From the NCBI GenBank assembly GCA_964486045.1, contig CAZALK010000001.1, forward strand, positions 920,837 through 984,836: a stretch of DNA of 64,000 bases, given 5' to 3'. Below, piece by piece: positions 21,006-31,447 of the stretch; within the stretch, counting starts at the first letter, position 1, and every line of letters starts with the position of its first letter. The stretch comes from an uncultured archaeon. GTDB lineage: Archaea > Asgardarchaeota > Lokiarchaeia > Sigyniarchaeales > SOKP01. The notes beneath the pieces were generated by a model that was not told where the DNA came from, searched no databases, and saw only the letters and a program-made list of their open reading frames with translations. A program made the position numbers and the translations under genes.

Positions 21006-22109
21006 TCACTCCACCATAGGATAAGATCCCAATATTTTGTACCAAATCACATTTTCGTTCATTTTTTCAATAATTTTAACGACTTTCGGATCATTTTTAT
21101 CACCTTCGAAATCCATCAGAAAAATATACTCCCACCGACCTTTCCTTCGTGGGCGAGATTCAATTTTCAATAAATTAATATTTCCATCAGCGTAAATCTC
21201 CAATACTCGATATAGGGAGCCGGGTGTATGTTTAGTAACAAAAACAACAGACGTTTTGATTTTCCCCTCTTTCTGTTCATTCTCTTTTTTGGAAATTATA
21301 AGAAATCTGGTAAAATTTAAGGAACTATCTTCGATATTGGAGCTTAGAACTTTCAGATTATAAATACGACTCGAAAATTCAGTTCCTATAGCCGCATATG
21401 ATTCATCCTCTAATTCCTTAACCTTTCGGGCAGCTTCAGCTGTAGAATTTACACTAATTAGAGTAGCATTTGGTAAATTTGCTTTAATCCAAGCTCTTGA
21501 CTGAGCAAAGGCTTGTGGATGCGAAATTAGGGTCTTTATTTTTGATAATTCTGAATCTTTCAAAGAAATTAAATTTTGGACAATCCTTAATTCAATCTCT
21601 CCATAAATAATTACATTTTTCTCGATTAACAAGTCAAGTGTATCTCTAACGGTACCCTGAAGGCTATTTTCAATGGCAATGACCCCAAAATCAACAATGT
21701 CTTTTTCAATCCTTTCAAATATTTCTATTAAACTATTAGATGTAATGAATTCTGATCCTGCTTTTGGAAAATATTCAAGAGCTGCTTGATGGGTAAAGGT
21801 TCCATTTGGTCCTAGATAACCAACTCGATTTTTTAAACCTTGAATTAATTTACTGGCGCTTACGATTTCTTCCCAAATTGCTTCTATACTTGTATTTTTA
21901 AAAACAATTGATTTGTTTTTTAACCTTTCAATAATTTCCTTTTCTCTTTGAGGTTGAAAAATCTTAAGATCTAATTTTTTCTTAAGATTTCCAATTTTAA
22001 TTACGTTATTTCCACGTTCATTTAGAAGATCTACAAGATCATCATCAATTTTATCGATGTCTTCTCTTAATTTTCTTAATTCTTTTTTTAGATTATTTTG
22101 GTCATTCAT
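21006..22109 (-). CDS. pheA: Chorismate mutase / prephenate dehydratase (P-protein)
   Basis: N-terminal CM (LREDIDKID..LLNER), YLGPNGTFT, IENSLQG, SHPQA, NFTRF, ACT domain with ESRP, LGSYP. Confidence 0.92.
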   Translation of the reverse strand: MNDQNNLKKELRKLREDIDKIDDDLVDLLNERGNNVIKIGNLKKKLDLKIFQPQREKEIIERLKNKSIVFKNTSIEAIWEEIVSASKLIQGLKNRVGYLGPNGTFTHQAALEYFPKAGSEFITSNSLIEIFERIEKDIVDFGVIAIENSLQGTVRDTLDLLIEKNVIIYGEIELRIVQNLISLKDSELSKIKTLISHPQAFAQSRAWIKANLPNATLISVNSTAEAARKVKELEDESYAAIGTEFSSRIYNLKVLSSNIEDSSLNFTRFLIISKKENEQKEGKIKTSVVFVTKHTPGSLYRVLEIYADGNINLLKIESRPRRKGRWEYIFLMDFEGDKNDPKVVKIIEKMNENVIWYKILGSYPMVE

Positions 22110-22155
22110 CTCAAAGCCCTCAATTATTATTCATATAAAAAATTTAAGATTTAAA

Positions 22156-23835
22156 CTAATCAAAAAACTTTTCAATATTTAATTCCATTGCCGCAACAGG
22201 AAATTCTAATTTAAAATTTAATAAAACTTCTGGATCTATTTCACCAATTTCACCAATAACCGAATTACCTAAAAAAATTTCTCCAAATCTTCCATCAATG
22301 TAGCTTACATTTTTACCAGGGCTTACTTGGTAATCACTATAATATCCAAGCGAAGTCATAACGAAGTCTAAAGTAGATTTAAGCTCTGTATAATTTGCAT
22401 CTTCATGATAAGACACAGCAGATAGATGGACCTCTCTTTTTGTTCCCGTTTCTTCTTTTCTATCTAATAAAAGAACATCACCAACTTCGAAGATTCTAAT
22501 TGGTTTCTCCTCAGATCTATTTAAAAGTAAGGTATTCATTAATTTTGGAAGCAATTTTGTTCTAGTTGTATTATACTCTTTAGAAACAGGATTTGCAATC
22601 TCAACAATATCTTCCATCACAAATTCTTGTTTCATATAGTCAAATTGTTTTTCAGAGCTAGCAAGAATGAAATTTAAAACCTCTAGATATCCTGCCCCTA
22701 TCATAATTTTCCTTATTCTATTTGAATAATCTTGAATAGGATGATACTGTCCTATACCGCCTAGATGGATAGTCAAAGGTAAATTAACGTATCCAAACCC
22801 TATAGCACATTCTTCAGTAAAATCTACTGGATGCATTAAATCTCCTCTGTACGCAGGTACTAAAACATCTAAATAACCATTCTTTTTGGATTTTTTAGCA
22901 TTCATTCTCACTTTCTTAAAACACTTTATCATCTCTGAAATTGATAAGCTTAATCCAATTACATTGTTAATATAATCAATTTCAACCTCCCATCTTGTTG
23001 GTTCTAAATTAGGAGTCACAATTTCTCTCTCTCCTTCATAATTCACTTTGACACTTTCAATTTTTGCCCCCATATCTGCTAATGTTGTAGATAAGATATT
23101 TAATGCTAAATTTACAGCTTTAAAATCGGTACCAGTTAAATCTAAAAACAAATTTTTTGTATCATCTGTCACCGTAGTGAGTTCACCATTTATGATAGGT
23201 GGGAAGGATAATACTTCATTTTTTCCATCAAGGATGACAGGGTATACTTCTTTACCTTCTAAAATATGAGCATACTCGATTCCTTTTTCGTGTAATAATA
23301 GAATTTCCTCTAAATTCATTGGATAACCATCTCCATGAAGGGGAGTAAAGCTGACTGAATCTGGTTTTACTGCAGTATATTTGTATGGGGGGATAATTTT
23401 ATCTAAATCATGAACACCAATTGCAACTTTTTTTCTATCCCTACCAACAGCCCAATGTAAGTGTTCTTGAATATTCATCAGAGTTGCAACTTCATCTTCA
23501 TCCAAATCAATATCTCTAATAACACCACAGACTATATATGGCCTTACTTTTTTCACACTCGGATCCACAGTAATGGATATAGGTCCTGGCTTAATATCAT
23601 AAGAAGGAAGACCTTCTTCAATTTCATAATATCCTTTGAGAGTTCTAGCAATACCCTCTGGACTTGAAAAATCTGGTCTATTTGGATTATATTCCACTTT
23701 TATTTTTTGTTCTTCTTCATTGATATCTTCTAAATCCAAGCTAATCCATTGTAAATCATACTCTAATTTCTTTATATCTAATTGTTTTCCAACTAATTTT
23801 TCTAATCTTTCTACTTTCAAATCAATTGTAGGCAG
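22156..23835 (-). CDS. pheT: Phenylalanine--tRNA ligase beta subunit (archaeal type); probable CTG start at 23835
   Basis: PNRPD, QEHLH..GRDRKKVAIGVHD, SFPPIING, PAYRGD..HPVD, FEVGDV; the GTG of the ORF track lies inside the SD GAGGTG, and CTG-CCT-ACA-ATT gives the usual MPTI N-terminus. Confidence 0.9.
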   Translation of the reverse strand: MPTIDLKVERLEKLVGKQLDIKKLEYDLQWISLDLEDINEEEQKIKVEYNPNRPDFSSPEGIARTLKGYYEIEEGLPSYDIKPGPISITVDPSVKKVRPYIVCGVIRDIDLDEDEVATLMNIQEHLHWAVGRDRKKVAIGVHDLDKIIPPYKYTAVKPDSVSFTPLHGDGYPMNLEEILLLHEKGIEYAHILEGKEVYPVILDGKNEVLSFPPIINGELTTVTDDTKNLFLDLTGTDFKAVNLALNILSTTLADMGAKIESVKVNYEGEREIVTPNLEPTRWEVEIDYINNVIGLSLSISEMIKCFKKVRMNAKKSKKNGYLDVLVPAYRGDLMHPVDFTEECAIGFGYVNLPLTIHLGGIGQYHPIQDYSNRIRKIMIGAGYLEVLNFILASSEKQFDYMKQEFVMEDIVEIANPVSKEYNTTRTKLLPKLMNTLLLNRSEEKPIRIFEVGDVLLLDRKEETGTKREVHLSAVSYHEDANYTELKSTLDFVMTSLGYYSDYQVSPGKNVSYIDGRFGEIFLGNSVIGEIGEIDPEVLLNFKLEFPVAAMELNIEKFFD

Positions 23836-23845
23836 CGTTTTCACC

Positions 23846-25387
23846 TCACTTAAGATAAGACTGTTGTCTTAACCATTTTATTGGATTAATATAAAAATCT
23901 CGTATATCCTCTCGTCCATAATAAGGCATCGCAATTCTTTCAAGCCCTTGTCCCCAAGCTAAAACCCGAGTTGGTTCTTTTATTCCCCAAGGGTATGTAA
24001 CTTCTGGTCTAAATATCCCAGATCCTCCCATTTCCAACCATTCTCCTAATTTGTCATAGTAAACTGAAACTTCCATAGAAGGTTCTGTATAAGGAAAAAA
24101 TCCTGGTCTAGTGACTATTTTCTTAAATCCCATTTTTCTATAAAATTCAGATAATAAGCCGATTAAATCACATAACGTAACATTATCATCAATAACAATT
24201 CCTTCTATTTGGGTAAATTCTGCTAAATGAGATTTGTCAACACTTTCATTTCGAAAGACTCTATCAATACAAAAAACCTTTACAGGGACTTTATCATTTT
24301 CGTTGTAAAATTGAGCTAATCTACGCATAGTTGTTGCGGTTGTATGAGTCCTCAAAACTGTCTTTTTAGCATTGTTAACATCCCATTTATACCCCCATCC
24401 TAAAGAACCTGAATCCCCTCCATTCTCATGAATTTCTTGTACAGCTAATACTCTTTCTTTATCTGGCAATCTTGCTGTTTTTGGATTATTAAGATAAAAT
24501 GTATCTTGCATATCTCGAGCAGGATGATCCTGAGGCTGAAATAACGCATCGAAATTATAAAATGCACTTTCAATAATTGGTCCTCTTATTTCTATAAAAC
24601 CCATTGATAAAAAAATCTCCCTTATTTCATTGATTAAACTTATTAATGGATGAATTTTTCCTGCCTTTAATAATGGGCCTGGTTTGGTGACATCAAATGG
24701 TTTTAAGTCAGATTTTCGCCAGCTTCCTGAACTTAGCATTTCAGGTGTAATTTTACTAACTTGCTTTAACTCCTCAATTTCCGAAATTGAGATTTTTTTC
24801 CCTTTCCCTGTTAAAAATATAGTTCTTTGTGTTTCCCGCGTTTTCTTTATTAATTTTCTTTTATTTAAACTATCGAGTAATTTTAAATTATCGTTAGATA
24901 ATGAAGAATGATCTATGACTTTTTTTACTTTAAATTTTGTCAGAAAAGATTCGAGTTTAGTTTGAGGAAAATCTTCTACAATAAGATATATTTTGTCTTC
25001 TCCTGTAGCTTTACTTTGCGCAATCCACCTGTTTTTCTTTAAATTTGAAATCCCAATATAAAAAATTGATTGTTCGAATTTTGAATGTTTTAATAATTCC
25101 TCTATGGTAAATTCTTTTACCTTGTCTTTCAAAAACAAATTTAATAGTTGTCTTTCAGGTAATCCATTTTCCAAATACTCATAACCCTCATCATTTAAGG
25201 AAATTTGATTAATCTCCACTTCTTCAAATCCTCCTAATTTATTAGCGATCAATTCATTTACGGCAGACATAAGTACTATGTAATCTAATTCCATTTCTTT
25301 TGCTAAATTAGTAGTTATTACATTAGATTGCTTATTTTTTATCACATCTAGAATTTCAATTGTTTGTTTTCTAAGTTTGATTGTCAT
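23846..25387 (-). CDS. pheS: Phenylalanine--tRNA ligase alpha subunit (archaeal/eukaryal long form)
   Basis: GLPER, NFDALFQPQDHPARDMQDTF, LRTHTT, VFRNE, FFPYTEPS, GSGIFRPEV, WGQGLER. Confidence 0.95.
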   Translation of the reverse strand: MTIKLRKQTIEILDVIKNKQSNVITTNLAKEMELDYIVLMSAVNELIANKLGGFEEVEINQISLNDEGYEYLENGLPERQLLNLFLKDKVKEFTIEELLKHSKFEQSIFYIGISNLKKNRWIAQSKATGEDKIYLIVEDFPQTKLESFLTKFKVKKVIDHSSLSNDNLKLLDSLNKRKLIKKTRETQRTIFLTGKGKKISISEIEELKQVSKITPEMLSSGSWRKSDLKPFDVTKPGPLLKAGKIHPLISLINEIREIFLSMGFIEIRGPIIESAFYNFDALFQPQDHPARDMQDTFYLNNPKTARLPDKERVLAVQEIHENGGDSGSLGWGYKWDVNNAKKTVLRTHTTATTMRRLAQFYNENDKVPVKVFCIDRVFRNESVDKSHLAEFTQIEGIVIDDNVTLCDLIGLLSEFYRKMGFKKIVTRPGFFPYTEPSMEVSVYYDKLGEWLEMGGSGIFRPEVTYPWGIKEPTRVLAWGQGLERIAMPYYGREDIRDFYINPIKWLRQQSYLK

Positions 25388-26059
25388 AAACCACAACTTT
25401 CATTTTTTATTCTTTCGTTAATATTTTTAAAATCTTAAGTGTATTTAAATCTTTCGTGAATTAAATCGTTTGAATTTGCTCGATCTTGAAATAGCATAAT
25501 CTTTTAATGATTAAAGTCTTAAAATATCAGTTTTAAAATATAGTAGAGATACATATTCCGTAGCCAAGAGATCTATTCTACTGTTTAGATTATTAATCCC
25601 TTGGCAAGTTAAAGAATTTAATGAAAAATGAAACTGGGTTATGGATAACTAATGCACTTGAAACATAAACCTGTTTAGTCATATTGATCTATACACAAGT
25701 ATTCATTCATAATTAATTTATATATTTTTACTCTTAAAAAATTTTCTTACCCATATTGGTTAGAAATGGTATAATTTTAAACAATACTATTCATTTTATT
25801 AATAATTTATTAATAATATCGAATTTAGAGCACTTAATTTAGTCCCGAGATTCTATTAATAATCTTTAAATAAAATAATTCAAATTTTTAAAGTAATCAA
25901 TAAGATAAAAACATCTAATATTTGAATTTAAATGAATAAATCTAAACTAATAGCTTTGGTTTTATGAATAAATTAAATACTATTTAGTGATTTTAACAAT
26001 TAAAAGATATTTTTCTATCTTATCAAACAAGACGTTTCAAAATAGAATCAATTATTATA

Positions 26060-26755
26060 ATGTCAAAAATCAAATCTTCTCCCTTTGCAAACAAATTTAC
26101 AAATTTTTTTCGCAAGAATCTAATAAGAGAATTTAGATTTATGATTATTTCTAAATTCTTAGCAAAAAAAAAAAATAAAATTCTTGACATCGGCTGCGGA
26201 AACTTTTCTGTTCAACGTACTAAACTAAATTTTCCAAATTGCCATTATTACGGATTAGATTTGTCTCGAAGATTTTACACTTTAGAAGAGTTATCATTAA
26301 TGGATGAATTTTACGAGTTAAATCTTAATTCAGGAAATTTCTCTGAAATTCCAAACGATTTCTTCGATTTATTAATACTATCACATGTAATCGAACACTT
26401 ACCACATGGAGAAAAAAGATTGATACAATTAATACCGAAATTAAAGAAAAATGGGTTAATATACATAGAATATCCTTCAATCAGAAGCACTAAACTTCCA
26501 CATAGGAAAGGAACTTTAAATTTTTACGACGACTCTAGTCATGTAAGTTTATTTTGCAATGATACATTACTATATATTTTAAAAAGAAAAGATTTTAAAG
26601 TATTAAAGCAAGGTATCCGTCGAGATTTCAGAAAAATTATTTTTCTCCCAATAATAATCGCTTATGATTTATTCAGATATCAACGAGTAAAAACGGGTCA
26701 TTTATGGGATCTTTTTGGATTTGCCGATTATATCATAGCGTTAAAGAATGTTTAG
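26060..26755 (+). CDS. Class I SAM-dependent methyltransferase
   Basis: ILDIGCGN, GLD, FDLLILSHVIEHL, LKKNGLIYIEYP. Confidence 0.8.
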   Translation: MSKIKSSPFANKFTNFFRKNLIREFRFMIISKFLAKKKNKILDIGCGNFSVQRTKLNFPNCHYYGLDLSRRFYTLEELSLMDEFYELNLNSGNFSEIPNDFFDLLILSHVIEHLPHGEKRLIQLIPKLKKNGLIYIEYPSIRSTKLPHRKGTLNFYDDSSHVSLFCNDTLLYILKRKDFKVLKQGIRRDFRKIIFLPIIIAYDLFRYQRVKTGHLWDLFGFADYIIALKNV

Positions 26756-26812
26756 AATTCTGATAATATTAAAAATTTAAAATTAATACTAAATTTAAAT
26801 TTGTTTTTTCTC

Positions 26813-27165
26813 ATTAGATTTTATGCAAATGACACTGTAAGCTGTGAAATTTTTATAGATATAATGTCTATAATGAGCTTCCCCCTCCAATTACAGAACC
26901 AAGAGCACATTTTCTGTTAATCTTCATTTTGATTGGAACATTTTCATTGTTAGGAATAGTTGTTTTTAGCATTGTATATAAAAAAGTTTATAGATCCTCA
27001 AAAAAACCTAAGCGCCGAAAGGTTAAGCTAAAAAAAGTAAAATCAAGAAAAGAGATCCCCAAATGTGTCGAAAATCTTTGCCCATTTTGTAATACTGCTA
27101 TTATTAATGAGCAGAAGTTTTGTACTTATTGTGGTAGTAAGCTTAAAGAAGCGGAAAATAATTAA
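26813..27165 (+). pseudogene. C-terminal remnant of a membrane-anchored surface protein (TM helix, basic stretch, zinc ribbon)
   Basis: The open frame extends upstream of TTG 26929 as PPPITEPRAHFLLIFILIGTFSLLGIVVFSIVYKK, then KKPKRRK and CPFC..CTYCG. An out-of-frame IRFYANDT segment at 26813-26836 resembles beta-sandwich ends of archaeal surface proteins. Confidence 0.5.
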
Positions 27166-27178
27166 AAATTTCTTTTTT

Positions 27179-27622
27179 TTATAATTTCTCTCTTATAGAT
27201 GTGGAGCTTATTTTTTGGTTATTTTTGTCTTTGAAAATTGGAATTACAATGAGGATAAGAGGCTGTAAACCTATTTTTTCTCTTTTATCATTCAATTTTA
27301 CCGCGTTTTCATAAGTTTCTTGACTTACAACTAATCCTTCATATTCAGGATCTTGAGCGTATCTACTCATATCATCCCAATTCTTTATTTCAACTATATT
27401 AATTCTTTCTAAATTAGCAAAAGAGTTTATAAATTCTTTCAGTTTGTCTTGTCTTGTTTTATAATCCTCTAAATTTGAATAATATTTCTTTTTTTCTAAG
27501 AGTTTCTGACTTGTTAATCCAATTTCAACATTCTCAGAAATAGATAAGGCAGTTTTTAATAAAAATTTATGTCCTTCATGAAGATGATCGAAAGTTCCGC
27601 CCATTCCAACTTTCTTTAGAAT
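27179..27622 (-). CDS. coaD: Phosphopantetheine adenylyltransferase (archaeal/eukaryal type); probable ATT start at 27622
   Basis: GGTFDHLHEGH, VVSQET, KISSTSIR; the first beta-strand (I)LKKVGM lies upstream of ATG 27604, in-frame TAG at 27623-27625, SD AGGTG at 27631-27635. Confidence 0.88.
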   Translation of the reverse strand: MLKKVGMGGTFDHLHEGHKFLLKTALSISENVEIGLTSQKLLEKKKYYSNLEDYKTRQDKLKEFINSFANLERINIVEIKNWDDMSRYAQDPEYEGLVVSQETYENAVKLNDKREKIGLQPLILIVIPIFKDKNNQKISSTSIREKL

Positions 27623-27652
27623 CTAGAATACACCTTTACATTTGAAAAACTT

Positions 27653-28090
27653 TTATAATTTTTCCTTAATCTTTACTTGCTTTTTCTTATCTTCATCTTT
27701 TTTATTGGGTTCAGTTGGCTTTTTCAATTTTACAGAATAAATTTGGTTAATCTCCATTGATTCAGCACATTCGCTACATTTACCTATTTTTCTATAGATA
27801 AAATCACCCTTCTCGTAATTCCTAACCTTTGTAAGTCCACATAAACTACATAAAAGAATCGTCAATGTTTGCCTTATCGGTTCTACTGGGCTTTTTTGCC
27901 ATTGGATCAATGTAGCTCCAACACAAATCATCATAAAACCAATAGACCAACTTGTTATTTGGTCACCAATCCCGGAATAAATAAATACTGCTCCTAAAAT
28001 GATAAAAATTATAGAAATTAGATTTTTTAGAACATTTTTAAGCGTAATTCCTTTTTTTAGGATATCCTCATCGTCTTCTTCTTCAATCAT
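27653..28090 (-). CDS. Small membrane protein with C-terminal zinc ribbon (conserved archaeal type)
   Basis: Two TM helices, then CSLCG...GDFIYR..KCSEC. Confidence 0.65.
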   Translation of the reverse strand: MIEEEDDEDILKKGITLKNVLKNLISIIFIILGAVFIYSGIGDQITSWSIGFMMICVGATLIQWQKSPVEPIRQTLTILLCSLCGLTKVRNYEKGDFIYRKIGKCSECAESMEINQIYSVKLKKPTEPNKKDEDKKKQVKIKEKL

Positions 28091-28208
28091 AGAAAATGTC
28101 CAAATTTCTTGTTATCAATGCTTTATAATAGAAAAGAATAAATAAATTTTCTTATTATAAAAACTAAATAGATTTAAATTATCAAAGAGACTTTAATTTT
28201 AAAAAATA

Positions 28209-29351
28209 ATGTTTAATATTGCTCAATTAGGTGGACAAAGTACCGATCCTATATCTCTAATTCTAAATTTGTTATTCTTTGTATTGATTTTTGTCTCAAT
28301 GTTTTATGGACAAAAGCTCCAAGGGTGGAAAGCATCTAAAGAAATACAAGCGGGCTTAGATAAGCTAAAGAAATGGAATGATGAATGTAAAGAAATTCTG
28401 GTTAGCAATTTTAAAGAATTTGCTGATAAAAAGAAAACTCAAAAAGATTTGATGCTTCAACTTGAGGATTTCATTACATTTATAACCATACCTCCAGTTT
28501 CACTTGATCCTTATGGCATTATCCCTAAATTTGACCATGTAGTTGATGTAAGAGATTTTCGATTTAAGGAAGAAGTTGAATTACTAGCACCACTTGCAGA
28601 TACTGTTCAAAGATATAATTTAGAGAATCTTGTAGAAGCTACAATGGCAATAGATTCTATATATAGGCTTATTAGACATTTTCTCATATTAGGCAAGAAA
28701 TCAAAATCAATGATTCTCCTACTTCAAATCTCAATGCAATTGGGTTTAATCTTAAGCATGGCTAAAGCCTACTACTATGCGGCAAAGTCTTTTGCGGAAG
28801 GTAGCCCAATAGGAGATGGTCTTGGACCTTTAGTCGTGGCAAGTTTTTTAAGAGATATTTCGAACGGAGAAGTGGAGGCGAAAGAAATTGAAAGAGATAC
28901 TATTGTACAAGAGGTAGAATTTGAAGATAGGGACATTTATATCGTGAGAGCAAAAGGTCCAGGGGGTTCTGTGGGAAAGCCGGGAAAAGCGATAAAGACG
29001 CTAGTTGATAAGCATGGTAATGATATTTCACGCATAATTATGATTGACGCTGGTTTGAAATTAACGGGAGATAAAACTGGATCAATGGCTATAGGTGTAG
29101 GAGCTGCTATAGGAGGTCTCGGAATTGAAAAATATTTTATTGAAGAATCTTCAACTGAAAAAGCGATACCCATTGATGCATTAATTTGTAAGCAATCTTT
29201 AGAGGATGCGATTACAACAATGAAGAGACCAATAACAAAATCGGTCGCGAAATTTGTTGATAAGATAAAGATGACAATTCGAAAACGCACTGAAAAAGGT
29301 ACTAAAGTAATTATAGCTGGAATCGGAAACACAATTGGAATCGGTGTATAA
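28209..29351 (+). CDS. DUF1512-family protein
   Basis: N-terminal TM, PVSLDPYGI, PIGDGLGPLV, KGPGGSVGKPG, IMIDAGLKL, GVGAAIGG, GIGNTIGIG. Confidence 0.8.
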   Translation: MFNIAQLGGQSTDPISLILNLLFFVLIFVSMFYGQKLQGWKASKEIQAGLDKLKKWNDECKEILVSNFKEFADKKKTQKDLMLQLEDFITFITIPPVSLDPYGIIPKFDHVVDVRDFRFKEEVELLAPLADTVQRYNLENLVEATMAIDSIYRLIRHFLILGKKSKSMILLLQISMQLGLILSMAKAYYYAAKSFAEGSPIGDGLGPLVVASFLRDISNGEVEAKEIERDTIVQEVEFEDRDIYIVRAKGPGGSVGKPGKAIKTLVDKHGNDISRIIMIDAGLKLTGDKTGSMAIGVGAAIGGLGIEKYFIEESSTEKAIPIDALICKQSLEDAITTMKRPITKSVAKFVDKIKMTIRKRTEKGTKVIIAGIGNTIGIGV

Positions 29352-29357
29352 TGTAAC

Positions 29358-29371
29358 TTTTTTTTTTTTTT
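29358..29371 (+). terminator. Oligo(T) archaeal terminator
   Basis: T14 run starting 7 nt after the DUF1512 stop codon. Confidence 0.55.
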
Positions 29372-29528
29372 ATTTCTGTTTTTTGCTTTATGTTTCTAAT
29401 TTTGCTAGTATAAGGGGAGTTTTATCTTTTATAGGAAAAAAATAGAAATTGTTTTATAATTAAGGTAATAAGATCAATTAACTAAAATCATAAAACTACA
29501 ATAAAATAGTTTGATTAAATTCATAATT

Positions 29529-29534
29529 GAGGTG
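29529..29534 (+). promoter_or_regulatory. Shine-Dalgarno motif GAGGTG for aor
   Basis: GAGGTG lies 8 nt before ATT 29543; the same motif precedes pseC, pheT, the acyl-CoA ligase (31448) and Fe-ADH. Confidence 0.7.
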
Positions 29535-29542
29535 TAAAGATT

Positions 29543-31417
29543 ATTTACGGTTATATGGGAAAAATTCTGAGAGTTAATTTAACTAATGGAGAAATTAGTG
29601 AAGAGTTTCCAGATGAAGAAACAATTAAAATGTATTTAGGTGGAGCGGGACTCGCAACTAAATATTTGATCGATGAGGTACCTAGGGGGACTGATCCATT
29701 AAGTCCAGAAAACTTATTAATTTTTATGACGGGACCATTAACGGGAACACCTTCTCCAAGTACAGGAAGGTATAGCGTTGTTGCAAAATCTCCTCTAACT
29801 GGCTTTTGGGGAGAAGCGAATTCTGCTGGTTTTTGGGGTCGGGATCTTAAGAGATCTGGATTCGATGGGGTAATTTTTGAAGGTAAATCATCAAAACCGC
29901 TGTATCTGATTACAGAGGATGGTAAAGCCGAACTTAAAGATGCAGGACATTTATGGGGAAAAAATACATCAGAAACTACAAAATTGATTAGAGAAGAATT
30001 AGGTGATAATTTTAATGTAGCATGCATCGGAATTGGGGGAGAAAATCTGGTTAAATACGCAGCTATAATGAATGATTGTGATAAACCTAACTATGGTCGA
30101 GCAGCTGGAAGATGTGGGATGGGAGCTGTAATGGGTTCAAAAAATTTAAAGGCAATAGCTTCAAGGGGGAAATTAAAAATTAAAATAGCGAATCCAGAAG
30201 AATATAAAGCAGAAGCTCGGCAGAGGTATGACTGGGTTAATCAAAGTTTGTTGAAAATGACACTGGAAGTATTTGGAACCGCAGCCATTCTTGATTTAGT
30301 TAACGCAAAGGGTGGCCTTCCAACAAAAAATTGGCAAACCGGTGTATTTAAAGATGCAGATATGATAAATGGAACAGCAATTAACGAAACAATTCTAACT
30401 GGAAGGAAACCTTGTTTTGCATGCCCTGTTGCTTGTGGGAGACTTTCTGAAATTAAAGAAGGAAAGTATAAAAGTGCTGGTGAAGGACCAGAATATGAAT
30501 CAGTCGTGTCATTTGGTACTATGTGCGGAATCAATGATTTAGGAGCAATAACCTTAGCCCATTTTCTATGTAATGAGTATGGTCTTGACACTATATCTGC
30601 AGGAAGCACTATAGCATTTGCAATGGAATGTTATGAGAAAGAGATATTAAGCAAGGAGGATGCAGAGGGTATAGATTTTAGTTTTGGTAATTCAGATTCT
30701 ATTATAGAACTCGTTCCAAAAATTGCTAAACGAGAAGGTATTGGAGATCTTTTGGCTGAAGGATCCAAAAGGATGGCTGAAAAACTAGGAAAGAATTCGA
30801 TAAGATTTGCGATGCAAGTAAAAGGCTTGGAACTTCCTGCATATGATAGTAGAGCCGCCAAAATAACTGGGTTATCTTTTGCTGTTGCCAATCGTGGAGG
30901 GGATCATATGACGGCGTTTATTGAAGGTCCTACTTTCATGTCGATGCCCTTTATGATAGTTGAAGATGCAGAAGTAGGGGATATACTTAAAGAAAATGTT
31001 GAAGATACAGAGGTTGTAAAAAATTTTGAGGATGCATTTGGAATTTTTGATGCAATCGGTGGGTGCAAATTTATGGGAATGGTTTTAACTTCAGAGGATT
31101 GGGCCTCCTTAATGTCAAAACTCTTAGGATATGACTATACTGTAGCAGATTTTAAAAAAACAGGTGAGAGAATTTACAATCTTGCAAGAATTTATAATAT
31201 TAGAGAAGGCTTAACTAGAGCTGATGATACTCTTCCAGCAAGATTGTTGGAAGACCCATTACCTGAAGGGCCTGCAAAAGGAGAAGTAGTAAATCTGGAG
31301 CCACTGTTAGACGCATATTATGACTACAGAGGTTGGGATAGAGATGGGATCCCTACTCAGGACAAACTCAGAGAATTAGGGTTGGAATGGGCAATTGATG
31401 TAATAAAGAAAAAGTAA
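29543..31417 (+). CDS. aor: Tungsten-dependent aldehyde:ferredoxin oxidoreductase family protein; probable ATT start at 29543 (or 29540)
   Basis: (I)YGYMGKILRVNLT, AKSPLTG, GRCGMGAVMGSKNLKAI, CFACPVAC, EGPEYE, GLDTIS, YYDYRGWD..GIPT. Confidence 0.92.
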   Translation: MYGYMGKILRVNLTNGEISEEFPDEETIKMYLGGAGLATKYLIDEVPRGTDPLSPENLLIFMTGPLTGTPSPSTGRYSVVAKSPLTGFWGEANSAGFWGRDLKRSGFDGVIFEGKSSKPLYLITEDGKAELKDAGHLWGKNTSETTKLIREELGDNFNVACIGIGGENLVKYAAIMNDCDKPNYGRAAGRCGMGAVMGSKNLKAIASRGKLKIKIANPEEYKAEARQRYDWVNQSLLKMTLEVFGTAAILDLVNAKGGLPTKNWQTGVFKDADMINGTAINETILTGRKPCFACPVACGRLSEIKEGKYKSAGEGPEYESVVSFGTMCGINDLGAITLAHFLCNEYGLDTISAGSTIAFAMECYEKEILSKEDAEGIDFSFGNSDSIIELVPKIAKREGIGDLLAEGSKRMAEKLGKNSIRFAMQVKGLELPAYDSRAAKITGLSFAVANRGGDHMTAFIEGPTFMSMPFMIVEDAEVGDILKENVEDTEVVKNFEDAFGIFDAIGGCKFMGMVLTSEDWASLMSKLLGYDYTVADFKKTGERIYNLARIYNIREGLTRADDTLPARLLEDPLPEGPAKGEVVNLEPLLDAYYDYRGWDRDGIPTQDKLRELGLEWAIDVIKKK

Positions 31418-31447
31418 AATCTAAGTTTATGTGAAGAGGTGATTTGA

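Noticed and set aside
25400-26059. Long intergenic region upstream of pheS examined for tRNA, T-box or leader peptide
   Set aside because: No cloverleaf, T-box consensus or Phe-rich leader ORF was recognisable by eye
4795-29530. In-frame TGA just upstream of pseC and aor as possible selenocysteine read-through
   Set aside because: The TGAs lie within or overlap the SD motif, upstream of the family N-terminus, and do not align to Cys positions; no SECIS-like element recognised
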